A stretch of DNA of 20,000 nucleotides, taken from positions 17,159,729 to 17,179,728 of the forward strand of contig NC_057718.1 in assembly GCF_004010195.1 (NCBI RefSeq), given 5' to 3'. The stretch's first letter is position 1. Every line of letters starts with the position of its first letter. Below are positions 1-10,045 of the stretch, one piece after another. The position numbers were made by a program, and so were the translations under genes. This stretch comes from Chiloscyllium plagiosum (taxonomy: Eukaryota). The notes beneath the pieces are model-generated. The model did not search any database. It saw only the letters and a list, made by a program, of their open reading frames with translations, and was not told where the DNA came from.

Positions 1-741
1 ATCCTTTCTCTTTCAAACACTAACTTTTTTCAGGCACTTGATTTTCAATTTCAGAATCTTCAAGTTTGAAGCTTCCACATGAACAGCTTTTAGTCAAAAT
101 GGTAAAAATAAGAAAGGAGACTGAATACAGTGTTTGCATAATATTTCCATTGTTGGATTAAAGAAAAGGATGAACGATAAAGATATGCAGAATGCATTGT
201 GGTGAAGAATGTTGTCTCCTCCCAGTACATTCATGAAAACGATACTGCCGGTTTAATGTCGATATACTTTAATGTTACTCTAATGGATCCATTAGAGATG
301 CTCAGACAGCTGGTGAGAGTTGGGTCTCAGTTAATCAGTCAGTCTGTACTTCAAAGAGTTGGTGAGTTTTGAGGTCAAGTTACTGACACTGACGTTTGTA
401 ACAGATGAGCTCAGTGCTCTGCTGAAATTCCACTCTGATTTCTTTAAGCGTATTGATTACCCTGTTTGCTGTAAATGTGTACGCAAATATATTCAGTAAT
501 GTATTTGTAAAAGCAGTACAATGCATTCATTTAAATCATTACCATGGGTAGTTATCCCTCAGTGAAGTTTGACCACATTCATCTTGACTACATCTGTCTA
601 GTCAGTGGAATTTAATTTATTGTTGGATGCTGGCTTTGCATTAAATTTCTTAGGTACAATACTAACTGGCCCAACTGGTCTTTACAGGTGTCTATGTTCA
701 GGCATCCTCTTACCCTGACGATATATTCTTCTTTTTCTTTC

Positions 742-912
742 ACAATTACAACATTTAAAAAGCATCTGGATGGGTATATGAATAGGAAGGGTCTAGAGGG
801 ATATGGGTCAAGTGCTGACAAATGGGACTAGATTAATTTAGGATATCTGGTTGGCATGGACGAGTTAGACCGAAGAGTCTGTTTCCATGCTGTACATCTC
901 TATGACTGTATA
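742..912 (+). mobile_element. CR1 (HER1-like) LINE 3' terminal fragment, 5'-truncated
   Basis: ACATTTAAAAAGCATCTGGATGGGTATATGAATAGG reads TFKKHLDGYMNR, the typical CR1 ORF2 C-terminus. It is followed by the 3' UTR motif GGACGAGTTAGACCGAAGAGTCTGTTTCC and a CTCTATGACT-type tail, and it resembles the tails of the SINEs in this window. Family name is from recall. Confidence 0.85.
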
Positions 913-1140
913 GAGCTTCCTCTTAAATATGTCTGTGCTGTTTGCCTCAGCAAAGTCTGATAATATTGAATTCAGCACTCATTATAAACTCTACCTGATT
1001 CTCTGTGTCATTGAAGTAAACAGAGGGAAAATGTCTAGCTTGTGGCTGATTTGATGGGACTAGTACCAGCACCCAATTGTAAAATGCCCCTTGTTATTCT
1101 TTACCTTATTATTTTTATCCTAGTAACTAACAGATAGGTG

Positions 1141-1329
1141 GAAGTGGGTACTGCAGATGCTGGAGATTACAGTCAAGATTAGAGTGGTGCTGGAAAAGCA
1201 GAGCAGGTCAGGCAGCATCCGAGGAGCAGGAAAATCGACATTTCGGGCCTGATTAGGGGCTTTTGCTGGAAATGTCAATTTTCCTGCACCTCAGACGCTG
1301 CCTGACCTGCTGTGCTTTTCCAGCATCAC
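1141..1329. mobile_element. Short palindromic Penelope-type terminal-repeat derivative with 15-bp flanking direct repeat
   Basis: Inverted arms ~1183-1244 (GTGCTGGAAAAGCAGAGCAGGTCAGGCAGCATCC...) and ~1269-1332 (...GCTGCCTGACCTGCTGTGCTTTTCCAGCAT). Exact flanking repeat ACTAACAGATAGGTG at 1126-1140 and 1330-1344. Degenerate hammerhead-like core CTGATTA...GAAATGTC at 1249-1276. Penelope assignment is inferred. Confidence 0.75.
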
Positions 1330-1999
1330 ACTAACAGATAGGTGTCATGTTTTCAAAACAAGCTTTTACTGTATGCTAGAGACTGATCAGATGCAAAGCC
1401 TGCTGGAGTGACTATAATGTAGCTTTTGTCTGTGCAGTCAATCTCAGCAATACTCATACAGACTCTAGGGGCACTGCAGAAAACTTCAAAAGCCACAGAT
1501 TTCAAAAGTTGGAATGCCATTATATGAACGAAAATATTTGATGTACAGTGAAAAGCAGGTTTCATCCTCATTTTCTACTAAGCATATAACCAAAAGAACA
1601 AATGCAAAACTTGTATCTGATCACTGCTGATCATTGCGTAGAAGATAGAGCAGTTGAATACTGTGGTTTCTGCTCGGGAATACTGCATGAAATGTATAGA
1701 GATATTTAACAAGAGCTGTAATGGTTGCCTGTATTACTGGGCCTGTATCAACGTGCATGTGTAGAATTATAGTTATATCCTATAAACATTGGAAATAGAG
1801 CAATACATTTTTTCACAAAGCAGTTTGGTCATGTGAGTTGGTGGCCAATGGATTTGAGAACATATCCTCGATGGTATAAATGACAATGAGCATTTAAACT
1901 AAGAAATATAAAGGAAAAAAATGTTTATGGGCTATTCAACCCCGAAAAGCACAATAGCTAATAAGTTGTCAGGCAAGTTAACATTTTACAAATCAAGAC

Positions 2000-2268
2000 A
2001 ATAAAAACTCACATGTATACAGTGTGTTTAATGTCGTAATATGTTTCACAGAAGCACTATCAAAGAAAATGGGACACGGAGCCACAGAAGAAAACAGCAG
2101 GACAGGTGACAAAACAACCTGGTTCTTAAACAAATAGGTTTTAGGAAGTGTCATAAAGTTGGAGAGGTATAGGAGGGCATTCCATAGTATAGGACCTGGG
2201 CAGCTGAAGGCACTGCCACCAATGATGGGAGCATAAAAATTGGAGATATGCCAGAGGCCAGAATGGAG
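2000..2268 (-). mobile_element. Old L2-type LINE 3' fragment
   Basis: The plus-strand string ...TAGGTTTTAGGAAGTGTCATAAAG...GGAGGGCATTCCATAGTATAGGACCTGGGCAGCTGAAGGCACTGCCACCAATG resembles the reverse complement of an L2 ORF2 end (AFSCPGPILWNALL is seen on the minus strand). Highly diverged, recognised from memory only. Confidence 0.55.
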
Positions 2269-3277
2269 CTTTTCAGTAAATCTTGGGAATCACTCTCTGT
2301 ATCCCTATGTAACATATTGTGCTGCGAGAGAAGCTCGTACATAAGGCATTGAAATAACTACTTGCCTACATTAATCATCTGGTACATTGGATTTTCCATT
2401 TGAAAAATAATGTAGTAACAGGAGTGAAGTAAGGGGAAAGTATAATACCCAGGAGTGAATGCACATTGTAATCCAAGTGTAACTATCAGTACAAAGCAGG
2501 TCTGTAAGGCTCATAGCTTCTAAATGCTAATTAAGTTGACTATTTTGAGGTCACTACAGTGAGCTTCTTTTGAAGAATATAAATTGATATTTGCTTGTGG
2601 AGTTATGAGTTGGATCTGTGCTTTTTATTTTTGAGTGGAATGTCCATAAGGGTGACTGAAACTGTTGTTGATCTCCAAAAACGGTTACTCCAGCCTAGTC
2701 CTTCTATTGTCACATTCCATAAAAATCTACACATTCAAACTGTAGCTGCTTACCTCACACTGCATATACCGCCCTCATAAATCTGCAAACCCAACAAATA
2801 GAAAGAAGAATGGTTATTTTCAGAGAGACCTAGGACCAGTTATAACCTCGAGTGGATTTCAAAGAGGAAAAATAGAGTAAGACAAATGAAAACTGTGAAT
2901 TTGAATAAAGCTTGTATAAAAATAATGATGCTAATCAATGTATTATTATTAAAGTTATCAGTAAAGACATGTTCAATCTATGGTTTCAGACACATTATGA
3001 CACACGGCTAGAGCAGGTGGGCAGTTCTAACTCCTAAAGCTTGTAAAAATTTAGCAAAATAAGAAAGGATTGGGTTGTGTTCATTGATAACATGTTAAAA
3101 TCATCCAATTAACATGCAGTGGTCATCAATCAGGGCAATTAGTGTGTATCAAATTACCATCAGAAGAAGTAACACTAGATATTGTATGGCTCAATACCGA
3201 GGCCCGTTCTGGAATGTTCCAGGCACCTTTTAGTTACATAGCCAAAAAAGGAAGTATTTGTTACACAAAGCAACTGA

Positions 3278-3577
3278 GTGTGGCATGGTGGCTCAGTGGT
3301 TAGTGCTGCTGCCTCACAGTGTCAGGGACCCAGGTTCGATTCCACCCTCAGTTAACTGTCTGTGTGGAGTTTGCACATCCTTCCTTAAATTCTCCAAAGA
3401 TGTGCACGTTAGTTGGATTGGCTATGTTAAATTGCCCATGGTGTTCAGGGATGTGCAGGCTAGGTGGATTTGCCATGGGGAAATGTAGGGCTACAGGGTT
3501 GGGTGGGATGGTCTTCAGAGGGTCAGTGTGGACTTGGTGGGCTAAATAGCCTGGTTCCACACTGCAAGGATTCTATG
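3278..3577 (+). mobile_element. tRNA-derived HE1-like (V-SINE) element, older copy with internal deletion
   Basis: Pol III A box TGGCTCAGTGGT (3289-3300) and B box GGTTCGATTCC (3333-3343). Central TGTGTGGAGTTTGCACAT motif and a CR1/HER1-like tail GTGTGGACTTGGTGGGCTAAATAGCCTGGTTCCACACTG...GATTCTATG. Homologous to the copies at 8162 and 8873. Confidence 0.88.
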
Positions 3578-3699
3578 TAAGCCAGGTAGGGGGATTTGCT
3601 GCATTTGCTACAGTCAATTACAGATAGGACACAATATGTGAACCTGGGGGTGAACAGTAGCAGTGGGTTAAATACCTGAGGAGTGGGATCAGTCAGTGT

Positions 3700-6324
3700 G
3701 AACCTACGAGTGATCAGCAGTGGCAGATTTTGATTTGTCACATTGTTAGGGGACACAGACAGGCATTTCAGTGGCCATAAATGAGACTCTACAAGTTACC
3801 TCCCTCTATCCAGGGTCAATGGTGCCTCTGAGTGGGCTCAGGATATCCTGAACAGGGAGAGTGAGTTGTGGTCCATATTGGTACCAATGACTTAGGCAGA
3901 AGGAGTGATGAGGTTCCGCAAAGCGAGTTCAGTGACTTGGATAGGAAGTTGAAAAGCAGGACCTCTAGAATTGTAATCCCAGGATTACGTCTTGTACCAC
4001 ATGCCAGTAGGCTAGGAATAGGAAGATGATATAGTTAAATGCATTGCTAAAGAGCTAGTATAGGATGGAGAGTTTCAGGTATGTGGCAGGTGGGACCTGT
4101 ACAAGAAGGACAGGTTGCCCCTAAACTGGAGGAGCATCAATATCCAGGCAGGGAGATTTGTTAGTGCCACTCAGGAGGGTTTAGAGTGGTAGGGGCAGGA
4201 ACCAGAGTGGTAGGTCAGCAAGTTAAGTGACTGAAGAGGAGTCTGAGACTGAGACCAGTAATGCTAAGAGAAAGAACAGACAGGGAGAGGTTGCTGAACA
4301 CGACAGGCCTGGCTCTGAGGTCTGTTCGTTTTAATGCAAGGAGTATGAGAGGTAAGGCAGAGGAACTTAGAGTTGGATTAGTAAATATAACTGTGATGTT
4401 ATAGATATTATGGAGACTGGGGTAAGAGACGGACAAGACTGGCAGCTAAACGTTCCGGGCTTTAGATGTTTCAGGTGAGATAGAGATGTAAAAAGAAGTG
4501 GGGAAGTTGCATTCTTGGTTAGGGAGAGCATCACAGCTGTACTGAGGGAGGACACCTTGAGGAGCTCATCCAACCAGGCCATATGGGAACAGGAATAAGA
4601 AGGATGTAATCACTGCCAGCAGATGACAGAAAGAAAACTAAGGAAGGGGCCATACTAAAAGTAGAATTGAGGACTGAGCCTGGCCAGGGAATCAAAGTTT
4701 CAGTGGAGGCCCATTTTGGGAACAGTGACCATAATTCTGTAAGTTTTAAGTAACTTATGGATAAGGATAAGAGTAGTCCTTGGGTGAAAGTACTATAGTT
4801 GGGGGAAGCCTAACTATCACAATATTAGACAGGAACTGGGGAATGTACATTGCGGGCAGCTGTTTGAGGGTAAATCAACATCTGGCATATGGGAATTTTT
4901 TTAAGGCCTGTTTGATTAGATTTCAGTATCAGCATGTTCCTGTGCAAATGAAGGATAAGCATGGAAAGATTTGGGAAGGTTGGATGACGAGAGAAATTGA
5001 CAGCTTAATCAAAAAGGAAAAAAGCAGGCATGCAGAAGATTTAGGAAACTGAAGACAGACAGAGCTCTTGAAGAATACAAAAACAGCAGCAAAGAACTCA
5101 AACAAGGAATTGGCAGGGCTAAAAGGGGCAATGAGATATCTTTGGAAAACAGGTTAAGGAAAACACCGAGGTGTTTTATGTATTGACAAGGAGCATGGAG
5201 ATAGCTAGGGAAAGAGTTAGTCCACTCAAGAACAAGGGAGGGAATTTATGTATGGAACTGGAGGAAGTGGGTGAGGTCCTGAACAAATACTTTACAATTA
5301 GTATTCACAAAGGAGAAGGACATGGTGGAGGGGGAGCTCTGGGAGGGCTATGTTGATATGCTGGGGCATGTCGATATAAAAAAGGACGTAGCGTTTTTGG
5401 GTGTTTTGAAAAACATTAAGATAGACAAGTCCCCAGGATCTAATTGGATCTATCTCAGAATGCTCAGCAAAGCAGATGAAGAAATTGCTGGGGCCTTGTA
5501 TGAAATCTTTGTATCCTCTTTACTCACGGGAGAGATTTCAGAGGACTGGAGAACAGCCTTTGTTTAAGGAGGGCAACAAGAATAATCTGGAAATTATCGA
5601 CTGGTGATTCTTATGTCAGTGGCAGGGAAATTATTGGAGAAGATTCTTAGTGACAGGATTTACTCATATTTCAAAAAGTACAGACTCATTAGCAACAGGC
5701 AGCATGGCTTTGTGTAGGGAAGGTCATGTCTCACAAACCTGATTGAGCTTTGCAAGGAAGTGACAAAGATAATTGAAGAGGGTGATAGATGTTGTCTGTA
5801 TGAAGTTTAGCAAGACCTTTGACAAGGTCCCTCACAGCAGGCTGTTACAAAGATGAAGTCACATGGGATCAGTGAGCTGGTAAGATGGATACAGAATTGT
5901 CATGGTCATAGCAGGCAGACAGAAGCAGCAGGAAGATGTTTTTCTGACTGGAGATCAGTGACCTGTGGTGTTCCTCAGGGATCAGTGCTGGGATGCCTGT
6001 TGTTTGTAATATTAATAAATGATCTGGAGGAGAATGTAGCTGGCCTGATTAGTAAGTTTGCAGATGACACAAAGTTTGGGGGGAGCTGCAGATAGTGAGT
6101 GATTGCCAGAGGATACAGCAGGATTTACATAGACTGGAGATATGGGTGGAGAAGTTATAGATGGAGTTTAGTCTGGGCAAATGTGAGGTGATGCATTTTG
6201 AAAGAGTTAATGCAGGAGGGAAATGTACAGTAATTGGCAGTATCACTCAATGCATCAACATATACAACAATCTAACGGTACGCATCCACAGTTCCCTGAG
6301 ATTGGCAACACAAATGGATAAAAT
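3700..6324 (+). mobile_element. Decayed CR1 LINE (ORF1 SGNH-esterase remnant + ORF2 APE endonuclease/reverse transcriptase), 3' end missing
   Basis: ORF1 motifs VHIGTNDLGR (3871-3900) and DRLPLNW (4109-4129, DGLHLN-like). ORF2 motifs FNARSMRGKAEELR (from 4330), GNSDHN (~4718), [34 protein letters not shown]...SKFADDTK (5853-6095 ORF) and FSLGKCEVMHF. Many stops, frameshifts and deletions. Left boundary approximate. Confidence 0.93.
4320..6324 (+). pseudogene. CR1 ORF2 (APE endonuclease-reverse transcriptase) pseudogene
   Basis: ORF-track fragments 4780-5052, 5171-5356, 5322-5567, 5853-6095 and 6161-6349 are collinear pieces of one CR1 ORF2, including PQGSVLG and FADD RT motifs. Confidence 0.9.
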
Positions 6325-7563
6325 GGGTTTTAAACTTACAAACAGATAGATGGGTCCCTGGGGAACAGAACAGAGAAAAACAAAATTTGCATCCCTGGAC
6401 CCTAACTACCCACGTTCAGTTTTAATGGAATGAGCAAGCAACCCATTCAAATAGTTTAATGATGTCACGTGCTCAGGTGTTACCTCCATTTGACACCTTA
6501 TAGCAGCCAGTTGAGTTTCTTGTCTCGCAGTAATCCCAGCAGTTTAAAAGAAAGACGAGGAACTGTGCGCTCCAATCAATTGTTCAGTCCAACATCTCCT
6601 TTACTGTATTGCTTGAACCTGGAATTGTAAAGTTAAAGATTTTGCAAGGAGCTGCCTGAGAGGCAATGGGAAATGGGTGGGAGAGGGGAACTGCAGATGG
6701 GGCTGTGACCGTGAGTGGGGGAATAACAGTCAGGCTGCCAACTTATTCCATCCAGGTTTCATTTTATTTCATGTTTCAAAAAGAAAGTGCCTTTTTTACC
6801 ATTTTATGTTTATGTCTCCCTGAAAAATAAAAACCTGATCATTTTCATTTCAATGGTGAGGTAACAGCGCGGGCAGAAAGTTTTGGAACACAAAGCCCCA
6901 TGGATTATTTTCTTGAAATTAAAGGGGGTAGAATAAGACAGAGGGTTAAGAGAGTTGGGCGGGGTAGATAGAAGGGGATAGGGTTGCAAAAGAAGTAGGT
7001 GAGAGAGAAAGAGGGAAAAGGATAAGAATGTTGGAAAGGACATGGGCAGACGGAGAGAAGTAAAACAGGCTGTGAGAGGGAAACTCCAGCCTGACAGTCA
7101 CCTCACCTCCAAGCCCGACTCTCAGGGGAAGGTCTCCAAAGGCTGGCTCAGAGTACGCCCTCCAGAGTACGCATTGATTAAATCTAACTCCTCAGTTCAG
7201 TGCCAGTCACCACCCCATTCCCTTTGCTTTCCCTCTTTAGCTCTGTTTCCTAACCAAAATGCAGAAATTGGTTCTATCGATAAGCTTTGCTGTTTTGCAC
7301 ATTTTAACGGTCATTTCTAATAAGTACTCATGGACCTGATCAATTTATTACTTTTGATTTTTTTTGGTGAAATTCTTGTTTACTGTCATGGCACCTTTCT
7401 GAAATTTGCTCATCGGCTCCCAAGGAAGAGAAAACTGAAATGTGACTGCCACCAACACGCAGCCATGCAAAACTGTTGGCCGTCACTGTGCTAGAGGGAC
7501 AGCGGTGCAGTGTTCATGTTCAATACATTTGCAATTCAGAGGACAGTGCCAATATTCCAGAGA

Positions 7564-7692
7564 GGAAAAAGTGAGGTCTGCAGATGCTTGAAACCAGAGT
7601 TTATATCAGAGTGGTGCTGGAAGAGCACAGCAGGTCAGGCAGCATCTGAGGAGCAGGAGAATCAACATTTTGGGCATAAGCCCTTCAGCAGG
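7564..7692 (-). mobile_element. Single-arm Penelope-type terminal-repeat derivative with 13-bp flanking direct repeat
   Basis: Homologous to the left arm of 1141-1329 (CTGCAGATGCT...AGAGTGGTGCTGGAAGAGCACAGCAGGTCAGGCAGCATC). Flanked by AATATTCCAGAGA at 7551-7563 and 7693-7705. The minus strand reads CTGCTGA-A-GGGC-TTAT-GCCC-AAAATGTT, a mutated hammerhead core. Confidence 0.75.
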
Positions 7693-7729
7693 AATATTCC
7701 AGAGATCCAGGTTCACATTCCAGCATGGT

Positions 7730-7991
7730 CAGGCATCTGTACTGAAAACAACAAATGCTGGAAATCACAGCAGGTCAGACAGTATCCATGGAGAGAGAGC
7801 AAACTAACGTTTCAAGTCTAGATGGCTCTTCATCAAAGCTGAGGGGAAGTGTGATGCTCTGATGAAGAGTCATCTAGACTGGAAATGTTAGTTTGCTCTC
7901 TCTCCTTGGATGCTGTTGGACCTGCTGTGATCTCCAGCATTTGTTGTCTTCAGTACAGATTCCAGCATCTGTAGTAATTTGTTAATTAAAC
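7730..7991. mobile_element. Palindromic Penelope-type element (~105-bp inverted arms) with 12-bp flanking direct repeat
   Basis: Arms 7735-7839 and 7856-7960 are near-perfect reverse complements with a 16-nt spacer. TTCCAGCATGGT occurs at 7718-7729 and 7992-8003. Each arm has a hammerhead-like motif. Confidence 0.78.
7859..7890 (+). ncRNA. Degenerate minimal hammerhead ribozyme motif
   Basis: CTGATGA(7859-7865)-A-GAGTC-ATCTA-GACTG-GAAA(7882-7885)-TGTTA. The opposite arm reads TTGATGA-A-GAGCC-ATCTA-GACTT-GAAA-CGTTA, and the two together imply an ancestral CTGATGAAGAGTCATCTAGACTCGAAACGTTA. Confidence 0.6.
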
Positions 7992-8161
7992 TTCCAGCAT
8001 GGTAGATGATGGAACATCAGTTCAATTTGTGAATTAAACCTGGAATTAGGAAGCTGCGGTCAATGATAATGAAACTAGCAATTGTTGTAAAAATTCATTG
8101 ACCAGAAGATGTAGGAGTACGAAAAGGACATTTGGCCTATTGCGTCTGATCATAGATCATT

Positions 8162-8470
8162 GTGGGCGGCACCATGGCACAGTGGTTAGCACTGCTGCCT
8201 CACAGTGCCAGAGACCCGGGTTCAATTCCCGCCTCAGGCGACTGACTGTGTGGAGTTTGCACATTCTCCCCGTGTCTGCGTGGGTTTCCTCCGGGTGCTC
8301 CGGTTTCCCCCCACAGTCCAAAAATGTACAGGTTAGGTGAATTGACTATGCTAAAATTGCCTGTAGTGTTAGGTGCAGGGGTAAATGTAGGGGAATGGGT
8401 CTGGGTGGGTGTGCTTCAGCGGGTCGGTGTGGACTTGTTGGGCCTGTTTCTACACTGTAAGTAATCTAAT
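8162..8470 (+). mobile_element. HE1-like V-SINE, full length, younger subfamily
   Basis: A box TGGCACAGTGGT (8176-8187), B box GGTTCAATTCC (8219-8229), V-domain-like CTCCCCGTGTCTGCGTGGGTTTCCTCCGGGTGCTCCGGTTTC and tail ...ACACTGTAAGTAATCTAATC. A short ATCAT repeat lies at both ends. Confidence 0.93.
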
Positions 8471-8872
8471 CATAACTATTCTGATATTCCTCAACATCAC
8501 TTTTCTTATCAGCTTAACCCTTGATTCCCTCACTGACTAAAAGTCTGTCCATATCAGCCTTGAATATACCTAATACCCAGTCCTAACAACCCTCTAAAAT
8601 AAAGAATTCCACAGATTTATTCCCTCTGAGAGCAAAACAAATCCTCCTTATCTCGTTGTCTTCAGTACAGATTCCAGCATCTGTAGTAATTTGTTAATTA
8701 AACTTCCAGCATGGTAGATGATGGAACATCAGTTCAATTTGTGAATTAAACCTGGAATTAGGAAGCTGCGGTCAATGATAATGAAACTAGCAATTGTTGT
8801 AAAATTCATTGACCAGAAGATGTAGGAATATGAAAAGGACATTTGGCTTATTGCGTCTGATCATAGATCATA

Positions 8873-9161
8873 GTGGGCGGCACCATGGCACAGTGGTTAG
8901 CACTGCTGCCTCACAGCGCCAGAGACCCGGATTCAATTCTCGCCTCAGGCGACTGACTGTGTGGAGTTTGCACATTCTCCCCGTGGGTTTCCTCCGGGTG
9001 CTCCGGTTTCCTCCCACAGTCCAAAAATGTGCAGGTTAGGTGAATTGGCCATGCTAAAATTGCCCGTAGTGTTAGGTGTAGGGTAATGGGTCTGGGTGGG
9101 TTTGCTTCGGCGGGTTGGTGTGGACTTGTTGGGCCTGTTTCCACACTGTAAGTAATCTAAT
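8873..9161 (+). mobile_element. HE1-like V-SINE, duplicated copy
   Basis: Same structure and flanks as 8162-8470. Shares the tail deletion (GTTGGGCCTGTTTC instead of GTTGGGCCGAAGGGCCTGTTTC) and has private small deletions. Confidence 0.93.
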
Positions 9162-10045
9162 CATAACTAATCTGATATTCCTCAACATCACTTTTCTTAT
9201 CAGCTTAACCCTTGATTCCCTCACTGATTAAAAGTCTGTCCATATCAGCCTTGAATATACCTAATATCCAGTCCTAACAACCCTCTAAAATAAAGAATTC
9301 CACAGATTAATTCCCTCTGAGAGCAAAACAAATCCTCCTTATCTCCAACTTAAATGTGTGACCCCCTTATTCTGAAATTAAGCACTCTCATTCTAGAGTC
9401 TCCCACAAGAGGGAGAAACAAACCTATCTGATTCACTACTGCCTTTAAGGCAGGAAATCCTTCATTCTTGTTTGGTTTGGCTTTGAGATGACTCCAGACA
9501 GTCAGCAGTGTGTCTGATTCCCCACTGTCCTCTGAAATGATCACTAACTTGTATCAAACTGCTTCTGAAGAGTGGATGTACCTACACCACACACAGCATG
9601 TGTTTCAGACTGGCAGCTAACCACCAATCTTTCAAGAGAATTCAAGAATGGTTCTTGTCCTTGATGTTCAAATGATAGAATTAAAAATATCTTCTCAGGA
9701 AACAGCAGATGGTTTAACCTTTACATAGGAGGCTTATAACCCAGGTGGACTCTCATTCAAATGATCCTCCAGATTCAACATAGCAACACAGTGTGAAACG
9801 TGACCTGGGAGAGCTGCATTGCTTTTTACTTTCACTGACCATTGGATCAAGCTCTGCCCTGTCTGAGGCATGATGTTAGCATGAATCGTCTATCTCTCTC
9901 TAATGGGAGAGCAGCACATGGTTCTCTGTGAGTTTGGCAACTCTCACACTTTATTACTGCTGTAAGAACATTTAATTGGAACGGAATTGTCACTGTGCCT
10001 GAGTCACTTGGTTCCAGACTGAGGGAATAGTAGAGTGGCTGCTGT

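Larger units (their letters stand above)
7943..9345 (+). repeat. Tandem duplication, units 7943-8654 (712 bp) and 8655-9345 (691 bp)
   Basis: Both units start GTTGTCTTCAGTACAGATTCCAGC and end ATCCTCCTTATCTC. They differ by scattered substitutions and small indels. ORFs 8098-8340 and 8809-9039 are near-identical. Confidence 0.97.
8101..9418 (-). mobile_element. Old CR1 3' fragment (minus), interrupted by the HE1 SINE and partly duplicated (pieces ~8101-8160, 8471-8654, 8812-8872, 9162-9418)
   Basis: Plus-strand AGCCTTGAATATA...AAAGAATTCCACAGATT...CCCTCTGAGAG...CCCCTTATTCTGAAATT...CTCATTCTAGAGTCTCCCAC is the reverse complement of a CR1 C-terminus (SRMRVLNFRIRG in ORF 9350-9544, then ...NLWNSL...IFKA). 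Confidence 0.75.
7494..9690 (+). mobile_element. Old tRNA-derived SINE, fragmented by nested insertions (pieces ~7494-7563, 7706-7729, 8004-8100, 9419-9690)
   Basis: Removing the insertions at their direct repeats joins a degenerate A-box-like head, B-box-like GGTTCACATTCC (7710-7721), ATGGTAGATGATGGAA...CTGGAATTAGG...GTTGTAAAAA, then CTGATTCACTACTGCCTTTAAGGCAGGAAATC...TGACTCCAGAC and a LINE-like tail GGCAGCTAACCACCAATCTTTCAAG. This matches my recollection of a common shark SINE and has not been verified. Confidence 0.5.

Noticed and set aside
3278..3350. tRNA gene (also at 8162 and 8873)
   Set aside because: The A/B boxes run straight into SINE body and LINE-derived tail, so these are SINE heads.
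6511..6640. Exon after acceptor-like TTTCTTGTCTCGCAG
   Set aside because: All three frames hit stops within ~100 nt, with no convincing donor or recognisable peptide.
7510..9144. ORFs 7510-7821, 8098-8340, 8809-9039, 8911-9144 as genes
   Set aside because: They span SINE and palindromic repeat sequence and cross insertion junctions.
9770..9960. Possible ancient SINE 3' end (also ~10785-10850)
   Set aside because: Only a vague resemblance to recalled repeats, too diverged to support boundaries or family.
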